In this document: piece by piece, positions 11,230 to 22,307 of the stretch
How the letters are laid out: every line of letters starts with the position of its first letter
Numbering within the stretch: the stretch's first letter is position 1
Assembly: GCA_031411395.1 (NCBI GenBank)
Contig: JANOAZ010000201.1
Span: forward strand, 15,096-79,095
Reading direction: 5' to 3'
DNA: 64,000 nt
DNA from: Chthoniobacteraceae bacterium
GTDB lineage: Bacteria; Verrucomicrobiota; Verrucomicrobiia; Chthoniobacterales; Chthoniobacteraceae
The notes under the pieces: model-generated
The model's database searches: none
What the model was told of the DNA's origin: nothing
The model's input: the letters and a program-made list of their open reading frames with translations, nothing else
Position numbers and translations under genes: made by a program

Positions 11230-14200
11230 TCAGAGAACCTTCAACTTCAGATCGCCATTCACAATCGGCAAACCAGCGGCGGTATATTTGGTCGTCGGGT
11301 TCAACTGAATCGCCTTCTGCAGGCCATCCACGACGAACCCGAAGGCGGTTCCACCATTGGCGGTGTCGAAGGTCGTGGATTTGAATTGCCCCAGAATCCC
11401 CCCGATCGCGGTTTCGTTGCCGTCGAAGAAGGTGCCGTCTGCGCCGCTGTCCACGCCGACGGCGAGGACGCTACCGGCGCCCCAGGTGCCGACCTGCACG
11501 GTGCCCGCATTGAGGCGCACGTTGATCAGCGAATCACTCACACGGCCGGTGACGCTCAGGGTGCCGAGCGCGAGTTTGTCGGCCGCGAGTCCCGCGCCGG
11601 AGAGCGTCAACCGGGTATTTGCCAGATCGCCGCGGACCGCGACGCTCGTCGCGAACACTGCGTCGAGCGATCCGCCACTCCATCCGCCGACGTTGATCGT
11701 CCCGGCGCCGCCGGCGAGCGTCACCTGAGAGGTGGCGCCGCCCTTCACGGTGAATGAGGCAAGCGAGACGCCGGCATTGCTGCTGGTTGCGACGATGTCG
11801 GCCTGGAAATTACCCGCGGCCCTGATGGCGCCAATGAACGGGGCCTGGACCAGATCCTGGGTCATATCGGTGTCGAGCCAGTCGATGACGGAGAGCGACC
11901 TGATCGCCGTCCCGCTGGTGAGGTTGAGATTGGCCACATGCCCGAGTTTCAGATCCACCATCCGGTTTGGGAAAGTGGGCTCGGAGCCGATCGTGATTTT
12001 TTGATTCGATGTGACGTCGCCCAGGAGGATCGTGACCGCGCCGCCGTTGATCGAGAGATCGCCGAGCAGCTTCACCTTCGGTGCGTTGAGTTGGAGGATC
12101 GTATTGGTCGAAGTGATGCTGCCCACCTGCGTTTTCGCGGCGCCTCGCGGCACGATGCTCACAGTCGTGTCGGTGGTCGTGCCGACGAGGGAGATTTCCG
12201 TGAAGTTGGATCCGCCGAGCACGTCGCCGACGCCCTCCCCGTTGATGCCAAAATTCACCATGTTCCCATTCGCGTCGGGGACGATCAGATGCACGTTCCG
12301 CCGGTTGGCGAAGCTGCCGAAACGCCAGACGACCTCCAGCCCATCCGTCGAGACGGCGGTGTTGTTGGCGTTGTTCGATTCGGCGATCACGTTGGTGGAG
12401 TCGATGTCGGCCAGCACGAAGAACGTGCCGCCGGTGATCGATGACGGGATCAGAGCGCTCGAGCTGATCGTGCGCTCGCCATTCGGGCCGATGCTGATCG
12501 AGACGTTGTCCAGCGACTTGAGCAGCACGTCCGAGCCGGGGCTCACCGTGCCATCCACGGAGAGATAGAAATCGACGTCAATCTTTCCGACCGCCGGGAT
12601 GTTGCCGAGGTTCTTGACCGGCACCTGGAAATGCAGGGTATCGCCCGGCACCCCGATGGTGGGGAGGGTGGCGCGGGTGAACTCGGCAACGAGATCGGCG
12701 AAGGGCAGATTGATATGCACCGGGTCCGCGGCGACCGCGACATTGTTGGTCTCATTCCGTTCGAGGACGTTGTCCTTTCCATCGATCCGGACCAGCACCT
12801 GATAGTCATCGGGCGCGGTTCCGACCGGGACTTTGGTAGTGTAGGTAAAGGTGCGGCTCGCTCCACCCGCGATGTTGATCGTCGTGTCGATGAACCCGCC
12901 GAGCGCGATGTCGCCGGGGTCGAGCGTGCCGTCGCGCGACAGGAAGAATTCCACGTCGATCTTTCCCTTCGCAGGCGAATTTCCGACGTTGGTCACCACG
13001 GTGGTCAGCGTTCCCTTCGTGCCGGGAATTCCCTGGTCCGGCAGCGTGGACTTGGTGAAGACCGGCACGAGATCGACGTTGACCGGGAGGACTTGAATCA
13101 TTCCGCCATCGAAAACGTTGTTCGACTCGTCGCCCTCGCTGACCGCGGCGCCGGAATCGGCAAAGCCCAGCACGTGATACGCGCCCGGAGCGGTGCCGAA
13201 AGGCACCTGGGTCGCGGCGGAATACACCCCGGTGGTATCGCCCGCGAGGAGGAAGAGGAAGCGGTGCTCGGTGATGCCGATCAGCACGTCGCTCGCGTCG
13301 AGCTTCCCGTCGAGGGAGAGGTAGAAAGAGACGTCGGCGTATTTGTCGAGCACCTCGTCGTTGCCGATATTCGAGAGCGTCACGGACACCGCACCTCCCT
13401 GAGTGGGGAGAAGCTGGGCCGGCAAACCCACGTTGGTAAAGCGGCCGATGAGATCGACCACGTCAAACTGGAACGTCGTGGTCTTGCTTCCGAGGAATTC
13501 CTCGATCGACGAATAAGTCCACGTCCCCCGGGCGGTCTGGATCGTGCCGTTCAGATTCGTCCGGTTCCAGAGATTCGCCGTGGTGTAGGACGACATGTCG
13601 ATGAAGTCGGTCCCGGCGTTGCCGACGATCGCGCCCGGCGAAGCCAGGCCCTGGCCGACGATCTTGTCGTCGGAGAAGATGAAGCGGTCATTGGCACTGC
13701 CGCCGCGCAGCACGTCCATGCCGGAGAAGTCGAACGTCCCGCCCACGGTCACCACGTTCCCCGAACTGTCGCCGGTGATGTTCCAGCGGATGTTGCTGGT
13801 CCAGGCCGAGAGGTCGAGGATGTCGATCCCGCCGCCGCCCTTCACCGGCTGCGAGGGCAGGGTGTTATCGGCGAACCCGAAGGTGTCATCCATGTTTCCG
13901 CCCGTGGTGTCGCCGAAGTGCTGGAAGAAGAACCCGTTGCTGATATTCCCGTCGTGGATGCCGGTGAAGGTCCAGACGTTGGACGCATCATTGCCGACCA
14001 GCGCGTTCGTATTGGTGAAATCGATATCCCCGATCACCTCGTCGATGTTATCGAACCGTCCGGCGATCGCGGTCGCGGTCCCGCCGTTTGTCCCGTCGAG
14101 AATCACCGAGGCCACCGCGCCGAAGTTCGCGCCGTGGTAATCGATCGTGTTCCGCACCGCGTGCCCGGCTCCATCCAGATCGCCCGCGAGGCTGCCACCC

Positions 14201-17200
14201 GGCCCGAATTGGAAGGCGTCATCCTGCGTGCCGCCCTTCAGGTACTCGAAGCCCGTGAAGTCGAAGACCCCGGCGCCGCCGATGTTGCCCGCATTGGCGC
14301 CGGTGATCTGCCAGGTTTTCGCCGCATTCGCTCCGATCAGACGATCGTTGCCATTGGTCGTCGCCTCAAAGCGGTCGAAGCCCTGGAAGCTCGCCACCCC
14401 GGTGCCCGTGCGCGTTTGCAAATTCACCGTGACCGGCCCGACGTAATCGTCGCCGCCGAGCCCGTCGTGATCGTAAACGAACTCGTCGTAATCCGCGCCG
14501 CCATCCGCGGAGCCGGTGACGCTGCCGCCCGCCTTCACAAGCAACCGGTCATCGCCATCACCCCCGGCGAAGTTCTCGATCGCCACCCGGATCGTCACCG
14601 TGTCGTCGCCCGCGCCGGCATCGAGCGTCCCGGTGCCGAGCGTGTTGCCAGCCGCGATCTCGATCTCGTCGTCTCCGCCGCCGGTGCTGATCGCCTGCGA
14701 GGTCACGATCGCATCCTTCAGATACAAGGTATCGTCGTCCCCGTAGCTGGTGACCTCGAGCCGGTTCGCGCGGATTGCGCCATTCAGCAGCATCTGCGAG
14801 CCGACCTCGGCGTCCGCATTCCCGTTGTCCCCGCGGATTTCCACCGTGCCGCCGGCCGCGCTCACCGTGGTGCCGAGCGCGAGCACCACATCGTCTCCGC
14901 CGAGCAGCTTGATGCCGCCCATTCCGCCGCTCGCGGTGATGTTGGCATTGACCTTCAGATCGTCGCCCGTTCCCGCTGAATCGGTCGCGGTCAAAGTGAT
15001 GTCGCCCCCGCCGGTGTTCGTGACCGCTTCATCCACGGTCAGCGGACTCAGCGCGGTGATGATCACACTTCCGCCGGTGACCGACACGCCGCTCAGCGCG
15101 CCAGTGACTCCGCCGAGCACGAGCCCGCCGGAAAGATCGGTCAGCGCGAAACCGCCGGTGCCGCCGAAACCTTCGAGCGCGGTGACCGTCGCTTCGATCG
15201 GGTTCGCTCCCGTGCCCACGCCGGCCGTGGCGGAGAGCATTAGATTGGTCGCGACGATATTATTCGCGGCCCCGCCGTCGTTGTCAGTGATCGCACCGCC
15301 GGTCGCGGTCAGGAACAGGTTTCCGATGCCGGTATTCAAGGTGTTGATCGCGACGCCGCCCGCCGTGTCGGCGAGGAACGCGCTGCCACCTGCGGTGAGA
15401 AGCGTGAGGGTGCTGCCGTCGATGTCGAGCTGGCTCGTCTCGCCACTGCCGATCGTGCTGGTCGTGCTCATCGCATTGGTGACCTTGAGATCCACGTGAG
15501 CCGCCACGATGTCGGCGACGCCATTGCCCGGAGCGGCCGCAGTGATGCTCCCGGCGAGCGCCTTGAGATGGAGATTGCCGAGCCCGAGATTCGCCAGGCC
15601 GATCACCACTCCGCCGTCGGTGTCGTCGATAAATGCGTTGCTTCCCGCGGTCTGCGCGTCGAGCCGGACCCTTGCGTTGATTTCGAGCGGGTTGGCGATG
15701 GACGCTCCGATCGTGCTCCCCGCGCCGCTCGTGACCAGGCTGACGATCGCACCCAAAATATCCGCCGCACTGGTCGCGAGCACCGGCCCGATGATCCGTC
15801 CGGCCGCGTTGATCGTCACATTGCTCGCGCCGCCCGCGGCATCCACCGCGCCTTCGACCAGCGTGACCTGCCCGCCGGTCGTGAGGCTGATCGCGCCGTC
15901 GGCGGTGGTCAGGTTGTTCACCAGGAGCGCATCGAATTCATTCACCGTGATGCCGCCGGTGCCGGATACTTCCAGGTCGGCGCTCTTCGCGGTGGTGGTG
16001 AGGGTGATGCCACTCGCCGCGGTCGCCACGAGCGCATCGGCCGTGACTCGCCCGCCGCCGAGCATCGTGATCGCACCGCCCGTGGTGCTGGCATCGAACG
16101 TCACATCGCCGGACACCGCGCCCGCGTTGACCGTTCCGACCTGGATGCCGCCGCCGCTGGTCGCCTTCAGGGAAATATCATTCGCGTCCGCATCGGTGGT
16201 CGAGACGACGCTAGTAGCCACGATCGTCCCCTCGGCCTCGACGGAAATGGGGCCATTGAATGTCTGCACACTCGTCAACGTGATTCCGTTCGCTTCGCGG
16301 ATCTCGACGGCTCCGGCGCCGGTCACGCTGGCGGTCAGATTGGCGACATCCGTATCCAGTTCGATCCCCAACTTGGCGGTCGCGTTCAGGGTCAAGGCGG
16401 TGACCTCGGGCGAGCCCGTGTGGTCGTCGATGATCGCGCCGTCCTGACTGAGCAAGGTCACCGTCTGGCCGGCCGCGGAGATCGTCTGCGTGAAGGTGAG
16501 CGAACCCGTGCTGGTGATCCCGACGGCACCCGCCGCGGTCACGCCCTCGACGCCGTCGATGGAGCCGATCTCGAGCGCGCCGCTGTTGCTGATCCCGACC
16601 GTCCCGGTCACCGCGTGGACCGCGAGCGTATCGATCGTCGTGAGGATCGGAGCGGCGATGGTTCCGACGTTGATCTGGGCCAGGCCGAGGAACTCGGGCG
16701 CGTCGATGGAGCCACCGTCTTCGATGATCGAAAGGCCGGCATCGAGGACCACCCGGCTCGGGGCCACGGTGGTTCCTTTCACATAAATATTGCCGGACGC
16801 TTCGACGGAGACCACGCCGCCGGTGCCGGTCGCGGAAATGCCGCCGAGGTTGAGATCGCCGGTGACCGAGAGGAAAACGCTGCCGTCCGTCGCCGTCGCG
16901 TCGAGCCGCTGGGCTTCGATCTGGAGCGGGTCGGCAGCCGTGCCGATCACGTTGGCCTGATCTTCCGCGAAGATGGCCTGGTTGCGCACGACCAGCGCGT
17001 GGTCCCGCGCGATTGCGGCGGCATCCGCGGCTTTCTGTGCGACCGAAGTCGCCTCGTCGAATGCTCTCCAGGTAGCCAGGGAATCCTCGAAAGTCGCGTT
17101 CAACGCGGTCAATTCGGCGCTGGCCAGGACCACCGCGTTTGCTGCCTCTTCCGCAATTCCAGCCAGTCGATCCGCTTCCACTCCCGCGACGAAGGCCGCG

Positions 17201-20200
17201 GCTGCCGCGACATCGGCACCGACCGACAGCGCGGTGGCGACCACCGACGCGCCGCCGTCGCCCGAGAGCGGGATGGCCTGAGCCACCGCCGCCACCACTT
17301 CAGCGACGTCGGCAGCGATCGTGAGCCCGGCCGAGATTCCGTCCAAAGTGGTCTTGGTGGTCGCGGCGGTATCTGCCGCGGAAGCCGCCGAATCGCTCGT
17401 TTGTTCGGCCTCACCCTTGGCGGAATCGGCCTCTTCCTTGGCCTCGAGGGCATTCTGCTGCTGGATGTCCATGATCGCCGTCGCCGTGGAAAGCGATTGG
17501 GCGGTGGTCAACTTGGCGGCCGCTTCCGAACGGGTCGCGGAGTAGTCGGCAATGCGGATCGACGTCTCCAGCGCGGCCACGCGCGCGCTCGGCAACGCGC
17601 CGGAAAGCGTCACGACCTTGCCCTTGATGTTCGTCGCTGCGCCGTTCCCGTCGATGATCACGCCCGTCTGCGAGATGACCGTGACGTCGCCCGTCCCGCC
17701 GGTGTTCAAGAACCCGATCGTGATGTGGTGGTTCGCCTCGATGGTGATGGCGCCCCCGGCGGTGGTGAGATTGCCGATGACCGCGACGGCCCCGGTGTCT
17801 GGATAGGCCGGCGTGATGGTGGGCGCGGCGCTGATCGCGAGGGTGCCGGTCCCGGACGCCGTGAGGGTGTCGTTCGGGTCGAGGAAAATGACGTTGCCGT
17901 TCACCGCTTCGAGCTTCAGGGAGCCGTTGAGATCCAGCGCGGCCAGGTCGTCGGCCATGTCGAGCACCGTGATCGACTCGGCCTGAATGGTGAGCATGGA
18001 AGGGCCCTGGCCCTCGATCGTGGCATCCGTGATCGCGAGTGGCCCGATGTTGGAAATCGTCACGCCGCCGGTGCCACCGTTCGCCGAACCGAGGCGATTG
18101 ACACGGTTCTGCAAGGTGTCGATCCCGGCCGTCGCCGAGATGTCGAGGAGATCGGCGGTGATATTCAGCGTGGCGCCGTTGCCGTCGTTGATGCGCCCGG
18201 GATTCGCCGTGAGGCTGACCTCGTCACCCTCGGCCTTCACCACGCTGAGGAGCATGTCCCCGCCGGTGGTCAGCGAGATATGGCTGCCCAATCCCAGCGC
18301 CTCTACGCTCACCACGGTCAGGGCGTTCAACTCCTTGATGAAAACTCCGCCGCTGTTCCCCACCGCCGTGAGCGAGCCGATGTCGGTGTCGATCGGATCC
18401 GCAGACGTGCCGATTTGACCCGCCGAAAGATTTGCGGTCCCGCCACTGATATTCAGCGCCGCGGCGTTGCCGTCGCGGATCGCCCCATGCGGCGAAGTGA
18501 GTTTCGCCGTATTCGCAGCGCCCGCCGCGATCACGCCGATCGTCATGTCCCCGTCGGAGGACATTTCGAGATCGCCCGTCGCCCGCACTTCGGTCGCGGT
18601 GACCGCGTTCTTGAAGCGCAGGAAAGTTCCGCCCGCATCCGCCTTGGCCAGGGTGAGCGTCGCGACGTCGAGCAGCAGCGGTTCGGCCGATGTGCCGATC
18701 CCGCCACCGGCATGCAGCGAGGCGCTGATCCCGGAGACATTCAGGACGCCGCCGATCCGCCGGATATTCCCACTGCCACCCGCGGTGAGGGTCACGGCAT
18801 CCGGGGCGATCACTTTCGCCACCATCAGATCGCCGACCGTGGTGACCTCGAGGTCGTTCCCCGCGCCTTTCGCGGTGGCGGTGAGCGAAGTGATCGCGCC
18901 GGAGTCGGCGATGAAGATTCCGCCGGCATTGGCGGTCGCCGTGAGGGTGTCGAGATTGGTGTTGATCTTGTTCGCCGCGCTGCCGATCGACGTGCCCGCT
19001 TTCAGCGTCACCGCCCCGCCGGTGAGAGCCGGGGAAGCGGAGTCGTCGATCAAGGTCTTGGCGGTGATGCTGACCACGCCCGTGCCGGCATTGACGCCAT
19101 TGAGCACGACCTTGCCGCCGGTGTTGGAGAAGGAGAAATCCATCCCCGCCGAGGCGAGGGACAGCCTGTCCAGGGTGCCCGGTTGCACGAAAGCGACCGA
19201 TCCGCCGGTGAAGGAAATGTCCAGCGCGCCGTTCTTGGTCTCGATCGCCAGCGCCGTGAGCGCGGCGGCATTCATCACGTAGGTCCCCGCGCCGCTGTTC
19301 GTCACCTTGGTGCTCAGAGTGCCGACGTTGACTTCGAGCTTGTCGCCGGACGTGCCGAGGCCGGCCGGGGACTCGAGGTTCGCCGTGGCGCCCACGATGT
19401 TTGCCGCGGCGCCGTTGCCGTCGGTGATCGCGTCGAAATTCGCTTTCACGGTCACATCGCCCCCGGTGGTGGTGATCGTTCCGAGCACGAGCGTGCGCAT
19501 CGAGTTGTTGAGAATCACGTCGCTGCCGCTCCCGCCCGCGGTGATCGACACATCGGCCCCATCGCCCTCGGAGATAAACACCCCGCCGGCGCCAGTCGTC
19601 GCCTGCAAGGTCATCACCGTCGTCTCGATGGGGTCCGTCTCCTGCCCGATGGCTCCGACCGTGTTGAGCGTCAGGCCGCGTGCGAGGATGTTTTGCGCTT
19701 CCTGATTTCCGTCCACGATCATCCCCGCCGTGACGGTCATGAGGGTGAACTGATCGGCCACTTTCACCTCCGAAATCACGATATCGCCGCGGGCGATGAT
19801 CTTCGCATCGCTCGTCCCGTCGGAGGGGCTTCCGCCCTGGGGCCACACGACCACCTTGCCGTTTTCTCCCGCCTGCGGAGTCACCCCGTTGTCTTGAGCG
19901 ATGACCTTGTTAATCAAGAGACCGTTCGCTTCATCGATGAAAACGCCGCCGTGCGAGGCGGTGGCCGTGAGTGCTCCGATGTCCGTCCGGATCGGCGCCG
20001 CCAGCGTGCCGATCGACCCGTAGTGCGGGAATTTGAAGTCCAGGAAGAAGTCCGGCCCCAAATAAAGCTCGCTCGTCAAATTGACCTGGATCGCGGTGAT
20101 ATTCGGCGCGGGGCCAGCCGTGCCCAGGATCGGCGCTCCTTTCGCCGTGAGGATCACGGTGCCCGACCCGGCGTTGAACGTCCCGATCGTCATCGGAGCC

Positions 20201-22056
20201 CCGATGGAGGGCCAGGGCGAGGGACCGCCGTTCGTGTGGTCGGCGTCGGTGATCACGAAAGAGCCGACGAAATCGGTGGCCGGCAACATGCCCGGAAGGA
20301 CCACATTGGCGTTGATGGTGCCGGCGGCGACTTCGAGAGCGCCGTTCCCCGCATCGAGCGCTTCTCCGAAGGTCGCATCCACGCCGGTCACGATCAGGTT
20401 CAACGTCCCCGCCGTGAGGTCGTCGTCGGTCGTCATGGAATTCAAGACAGGCACCGCGTCGCCCGCCGTTTCCTTCACAAATCCCGCCGTGCTGATGTTG
20501 AGCGTCCCAGTGGTCACCACTTTGTCGATGGTGATCCCGCCCGGCACGCCAGCCGCGAATAAGGGATCCGCCGGCTCGACGGTCAGATTGATCGTCCCGC
20601 TGCCGGTGCCGAGCGTCACTCCGGACACCGCCGTGATCGATCCAGCGCCCGCATCGCGGTTCGCGTCGGTCCCCGCATCGTCGTTGGCGATGATCGTCAG
20701 GGTTTTGTTCGTCAGCGAAATGCTCTGGTTGATCAGCACCGACCGCCCCGCTTGCAGCGTCAGATCCTGACCCATCGCCGACAACGCCGCGTTTACCGTG
20801 ATGTCGTTGTTCGCCTGGATCGTCACCGCCGAAGCTGCGCCGGTGATCGTGGAGGCCGCGATCGTCACGTCCGCGCTGGGAGTAGCGGCGAAAGTGCTGA
20901 CGCCGAGCAGCGTCCCCGGCCCGGCTGCCGCGATGATCACGTTTTTCGGATCGAGCAGAAACATCCCGGTCTTCCCGGACACGGCCGTCGTATCCACCTG
21001 TCCCGTCATCGAAAATCCGCCCGCGGAACTGACTTCGACAAAGCCGCCATCGCCGCCCGCCTTACCGCCTCGGGCCGAGAGGCTCCCGGCCATGGTGGTG
21101 TTGTTGTCCGACCAAAGGATGATCGTCCCGCCGGCTGCACCGCCGCTGGCATCGATCACCCCCGCCGACGAAACCAGCGTCTGGATCGTGGATTCAATTT
21201 TCACCGATCCGCCGGCGGTCGTCGCGGCTCCCTGCGCGAGGATCGTCCCGAAGTTCCCCGCATATTTCCCCGCCAGATGCACCGCGCCGGCCTGCCCGCC
21301 ACCGACGCTCGCGGACACGTCGATCAGGCCGTCATTGCGGACGATCCCTTCGGCCACGAGCGAAACCCGCGCGCCGCCTGCGAACAGCCCTTGCTGGACC
21401 GAGATGTCCGCGCCGAAGATCGAAACGTCGCTCCGGAATTCCGCCGAATCGATCAGCACCGTCCCGGACGAGCCCGCGGATCCAATCGTCAGCTTGCCGC
21501 CCGCATTCAGCGCCGCCAGATCCGCATCGGTGAGGCCGAGCGACCCGAACGCGTCGGCCGTGAAGCCCACCTGAATCGGCAAGCCCGCCGTGTGCGCCTG
21601 GATGGAAAGGTCTCCCGCGATTCCCGCCGAACCGGCGCCGCCCAGGAAATCGACTTCATCCGAGGCCAGCGCCACCGCGCCTCCGGCGCTGAAAAGACTC
21701 CCGAAAAGAATCGTCCCCGCCGCATCGATGATCACGTTCCCGGTGACCTCCACGTTCCCCTTGAAGGTCACGCTGGAAGCGTGTGTGAGCACGAGATCGC
21801 CCGTGACCACCAGGCCATCCTCGAACACGAGCGCGCCGCCACCGTCGAGCACGAGGCCGTGCTCTGCGGTGACGTGGCTGCCGAAAACGAGATCGCCCTG
21901 CGGGGTTTCAACGCCCCCCTGCTTGCTCGCCAGATCGAGCAGGGATCCGAGAACGATCCCGACGTCCGCGGACATCATGACCCGAGTCTCCAGATGCTCC
22001 ACGAAGAAACCACGGGACGAGTTGCCGATCGAAAGGGAAGAATTTTTGGGAATCAT
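11230..22056 (-). CDS. Giant surface/adhesin-like protein (3608 aa): LEPR-XLL-like leader, haemagglutinin-like beta repeats, helical insert, Gly/Asp-rich repeats, three CARDB-like domains
   Basis: FFVEHLETRVMMSAD; GGDGGFVEVSS...LLDPKN; repeated IxDGNxxxxNI...IGTxxxPI units; GGxGDD repeats; three FYLSxDG...ExNExNN-type domains. Confidence 0.9.
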   Translation of the reverse strand: MIPKNSSLSIGNSSRGFFVEHLETRVMMSADVGIVLGSLLDLASKQGGVETPQGDLVFGSHVTAEHGLVLDGGGALVFEDGLVVTGDLVLTHASSVTFKGNVEVTGNVIIDAAGTILFGSLFSAGGAVALASDEVDFLGGAGSAGIAGDLSIQAHTAGLPIQVGFTADAFGSLGLTDADLAALNAGGKLTIGSAGSSGTVLIDSAEFRSDVSIFGADISVQQGLFAGGARVSLVAEGIVRNDGLIDVSASVGGGQAGAVHLAGKYAGNFGTILAQGAATTAGGSVKIESTIQTLVSSAGVIDASGGAAGGTIILWSDNNTTMAGSLSARGGKAGGDGGFVEVSSAGGFSMTGQVDTTAVSGKTGMFLLDPKNVIIAAAGPGTLLGVSTFAATPSADVTIAASTITGAASAVTIQANNDITVNAALSAMGQDLTLQAGRSVLINQSISLTNKTLTIIANDDAGTDANRDAGAGSITAVSGVTLGTGSGTINLTVEPADPLFAAGVPGGITIDKVVTTGTLNISTAGFVKETAGDAVPVLNSMTTDDDLTAGTLNLIVTGVDATFGEALDAGNGALEVAAGTINANVVLPGMLPATDFVGSFVITDADHTNGGPSPWPSIGAPMTIGTFNAGSGTVILTAKGAPILGTAGPAPNITAIQVNLTSELYLGPDFFLDFKFPHYGSIGTLAAPIRTDIGALTATASHGGVFIDEANGLLINKVIAQDNGVTPQAGENGKVVVWPQGGSPSDGTSDAKIIARGDIVISEVKVADQFTLMTVTAGMIVDGNQEAQNILARGLTLNTVGAIGQETDPIETTVMTLQATTGAGGVFISEGDGADVSITAGGSGSDVILNNSMRTLVLGTITTTGGDVTVKANFDAITDGNGAAANIVGATANLESPAGLGTSGDKLEVNVGTLSTKVTNSGAGTYVMNAAALTALAIETKNGALDISFTGGSVAFVQPGTLDRLSLASAGMDFSFSNTGGKVVLNGVNAGTGVVSITAKTLIDDSASPALTGGAVTLKAGTSIGSAANKINTNLDTLTATANAGGIFIADSGAITSLTATAKGAGNDLEVTTVGDLMVAKVIAPDAVTLTAGGSGNIRRIGGVLNVSGISASLHAGGGIGTSAEPLLLDVATLTLAKADAGGTFLRFKNAVTATEVRATGDLEMSSDGDMTIGVIAAGAANTAKLTSPHGAIRDGNAAALNISGGTANLSAGQIGTSADPIDTDIGSLTAVGNSGGVFIKELNALTVVSVEALGLGSHISLTTGGDMLLSVVKAEGDEVSLTANPGRINDGNGATLNITADLLDISATAGIDTLQNRVNRLGSANGGTGGVTISNIGPLAITDATIEGQGPSMLTIQAESITVLDMADDLAALDLNGSLKLEAVNGNVIFLDPNDTLTASGTGTLAISAAPTITPAYPDTGAVAVIGNLTTAGGAITIEANHHITIGFLNTGGTGDVTVISQTGVIIDGNGAATNIKGKVVTLSGALPSARVAALETSIRIADYSATRSEAAAKLTTAQSLSTATAIMDIQQQNALEAKEEADSAKGEAEQTSDSAASAADTAATTKTTLDGISAGLTIAADVAEVVAAVAQAIPLSGDGGASVVATALSVGADVAAAAAFVAGVEADRLAGIAEEAANAVVLASAELTALNATFEDSLATWRAFDEATSVAQKAADAAAIARDHALVVRNQAIFAEDQANVIGTAADPLQIEAQRLDATATDGSVFLSVTGDLNLGGISATGTGGVVSVEASGNIYVKGTTVAPSRVVLDAGLSIIEDGGSIDAPEFLGLAQINVGTIAAPILTTIDTLAVHAVTGTVGISNSGALEIGSIDGVEGVTAAGAVGITSTGSLTFTQTISAAGQTVTLLSQDGAIIDDHTGSPEVTALTLNATAKLGIELDTDVANLTASVTGAGAVEIREANGITLTSVQTFNGPISVEAEGTIVATSVVSTTDADANDISLKATSGGGIQVGTVNAGAVSGDVTFDASTTGGAITMLGGGRVTADALVATAASGITLTTTAKSADLEVSGTGGITVNEFDALLVNNLTTADGAISLTTGGQVTLVEGAVDAAGGASNVTINAAGRIIGPVLATSAADILGAIVSLVTSGAGSTIGASIANPLEINARVRLDAQTAGSNAFIDDTDGGVVIGLANLGLGNLHLKALAGSITAAAPGNGVADIVAAHVDLKVTNAMSTTSTIGSGETSQLDIDGSTLTLLTAGGSAFLADTAGGVAINTLNTGIGNLFLTATGGAITDNDGGAANNIVATNLMLSATAGVGTGANPIEATVTALEGFGGTGGFALTDLSGGLVLGGVTGALSGVSVTGGSVIITALSPLTVDEAVTNTGGGDITLTATDSAGTGDDLKVNANITASGGMGGIKLLGGDDVVLALGTTVSAAGGTVEIRGDNGNADAEVGSQMLLNGAIRANRLEVTSYGDDDTLYLKDAIVTSQAISTGGGDDEIEIAAGNTLGTGTLDAGAGDDTVTIRVAIENFAGGDGDDRLLVKAGGSVTGSADGGADYDEFVYDHDGLGGDDYVGPVTVNLQTRTGTGVASFQGFDRFEATTNGNDRLIGANAAKTWQITGANAGNIGGAGVFDFTGFEYLKGGTQDDAFQFGPGGSLAGDLDGAGHAVRNTIDYHGANFGAVASVILDGTNGGTATAIAGRFDNIDEVIGDIDFTNTNALVGNDASNVWTFTGIHDGNISNGFFFQHFGDTTGGNMDDTFGFADNTLPSQPVKGGGGIDILDLSAWTSNIRWNITGDSSGNVVTVGGTFDFSGMDVLRGGSANDRFIFSDDKIVGQGLASPGAIVGNAGTDFIDMSSYTTANLWNRTNLNGTIQTARGTWTYSSIEEFLGSKTTTFQFDVVDLIGRFTNVGLPAQLLPTQGGAVSVTLSNIGNDEVLDKYADVSFYLSLDGKLDASDVLIGITEHRFLFLLAGDTTGVYSAATQVPFGTAPGAYHVLGFADSGAAVSEGDESNNVFDGGMIQVLPVNVDLVPVFTKSTLPDQGIPGTKGTLTTVVTNVGNSPAKGKIDVEFFLSRDGTLDPGDIALGGFIDTTINIAGGASRTFTYTTKVPVGTAPDDYQVLVRIDGKDNVLERNETNNVAVAADPVHINLPFADLVAEFTRATLPTIGVPGDTLHFQVPVKNLGNIPAVGKIDVDFYLSVDGTVSPGSDVLLKSLDNVSISIGPNGERTISSSALIPSSITGGTFFVLADIDSTNVIAESNNANNTAVSTDGLEVVWRFGSFANRRNVHLIVPDANGNMVNFGINGEGVGDVLGGSNFTEISLVGTTTDTTVSIVPRGAAKTQVGSITSTNTILQLNAPKVKLLGDLSINGGAVTILLGDVTSNQKITIGSEPTFPNRMVDLKLGHVANLNLTSGTAIRSLSVIDWLDTDMTQDLVQAPFIGAIRAAGNFQADIVATSSNAGVSLASFTVKGGATSQVTLAGGAGTINVGGWSGGSLDAVFATSVAVRGDLANTRLTLSGAGLAADKLALGTLSVTGRVSDSLINVRLNAGTVQVGTWGAGSVLAVGVDSGADGTFFDGNETAIGGILGQFKSTTFDTANGGTAFGFVVDGLQKAIQLNPTTKYTAAGLPIVNGDLKLKVL

Positions 22057-22224
22057 GGGGCGCGCACGCTGTTCGATTTTTTGAGAAACGCGATAAAAAT
22101 CCTCGCCGCCGAGTGATTTTCCGATTGCCGAGGAGGTAGGCGAAGGCGGCTTCGGGAAATCCGGCGAGCGTAGGCGCGCTTGGTCGTAGTGGACGTGCAG
22201 GCCGGCGGGTTGCTTCCTGAAAGT

Positions 22225-22248
22225 GAGCCTCGTTACCTCGGCTGCTAC
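22225..22248 (-). repeat. Single GTAG-type REP-like unit
   Basis: The minus strand reads GTAGCAGCCGAGGTAACGAGGCTC (GTAG followed by an imperfect palindrome). Confidence 0.5.
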
Positions 22249-22307
22249 GGGCGGAATGCGCGGGATCTCGTGGCTGTCGCGGATTCCCGTATTGGAGCGA
22301 CCGTGAG

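Noticed and set aside
15496-20562. 1688-aa plus-strand ORF (also 12631..14979 and 20752..22116)
   Set aside because: Antisense shadow of the 3608-aa gene; Arg/His-rich composition typical of high-GC reverse frames
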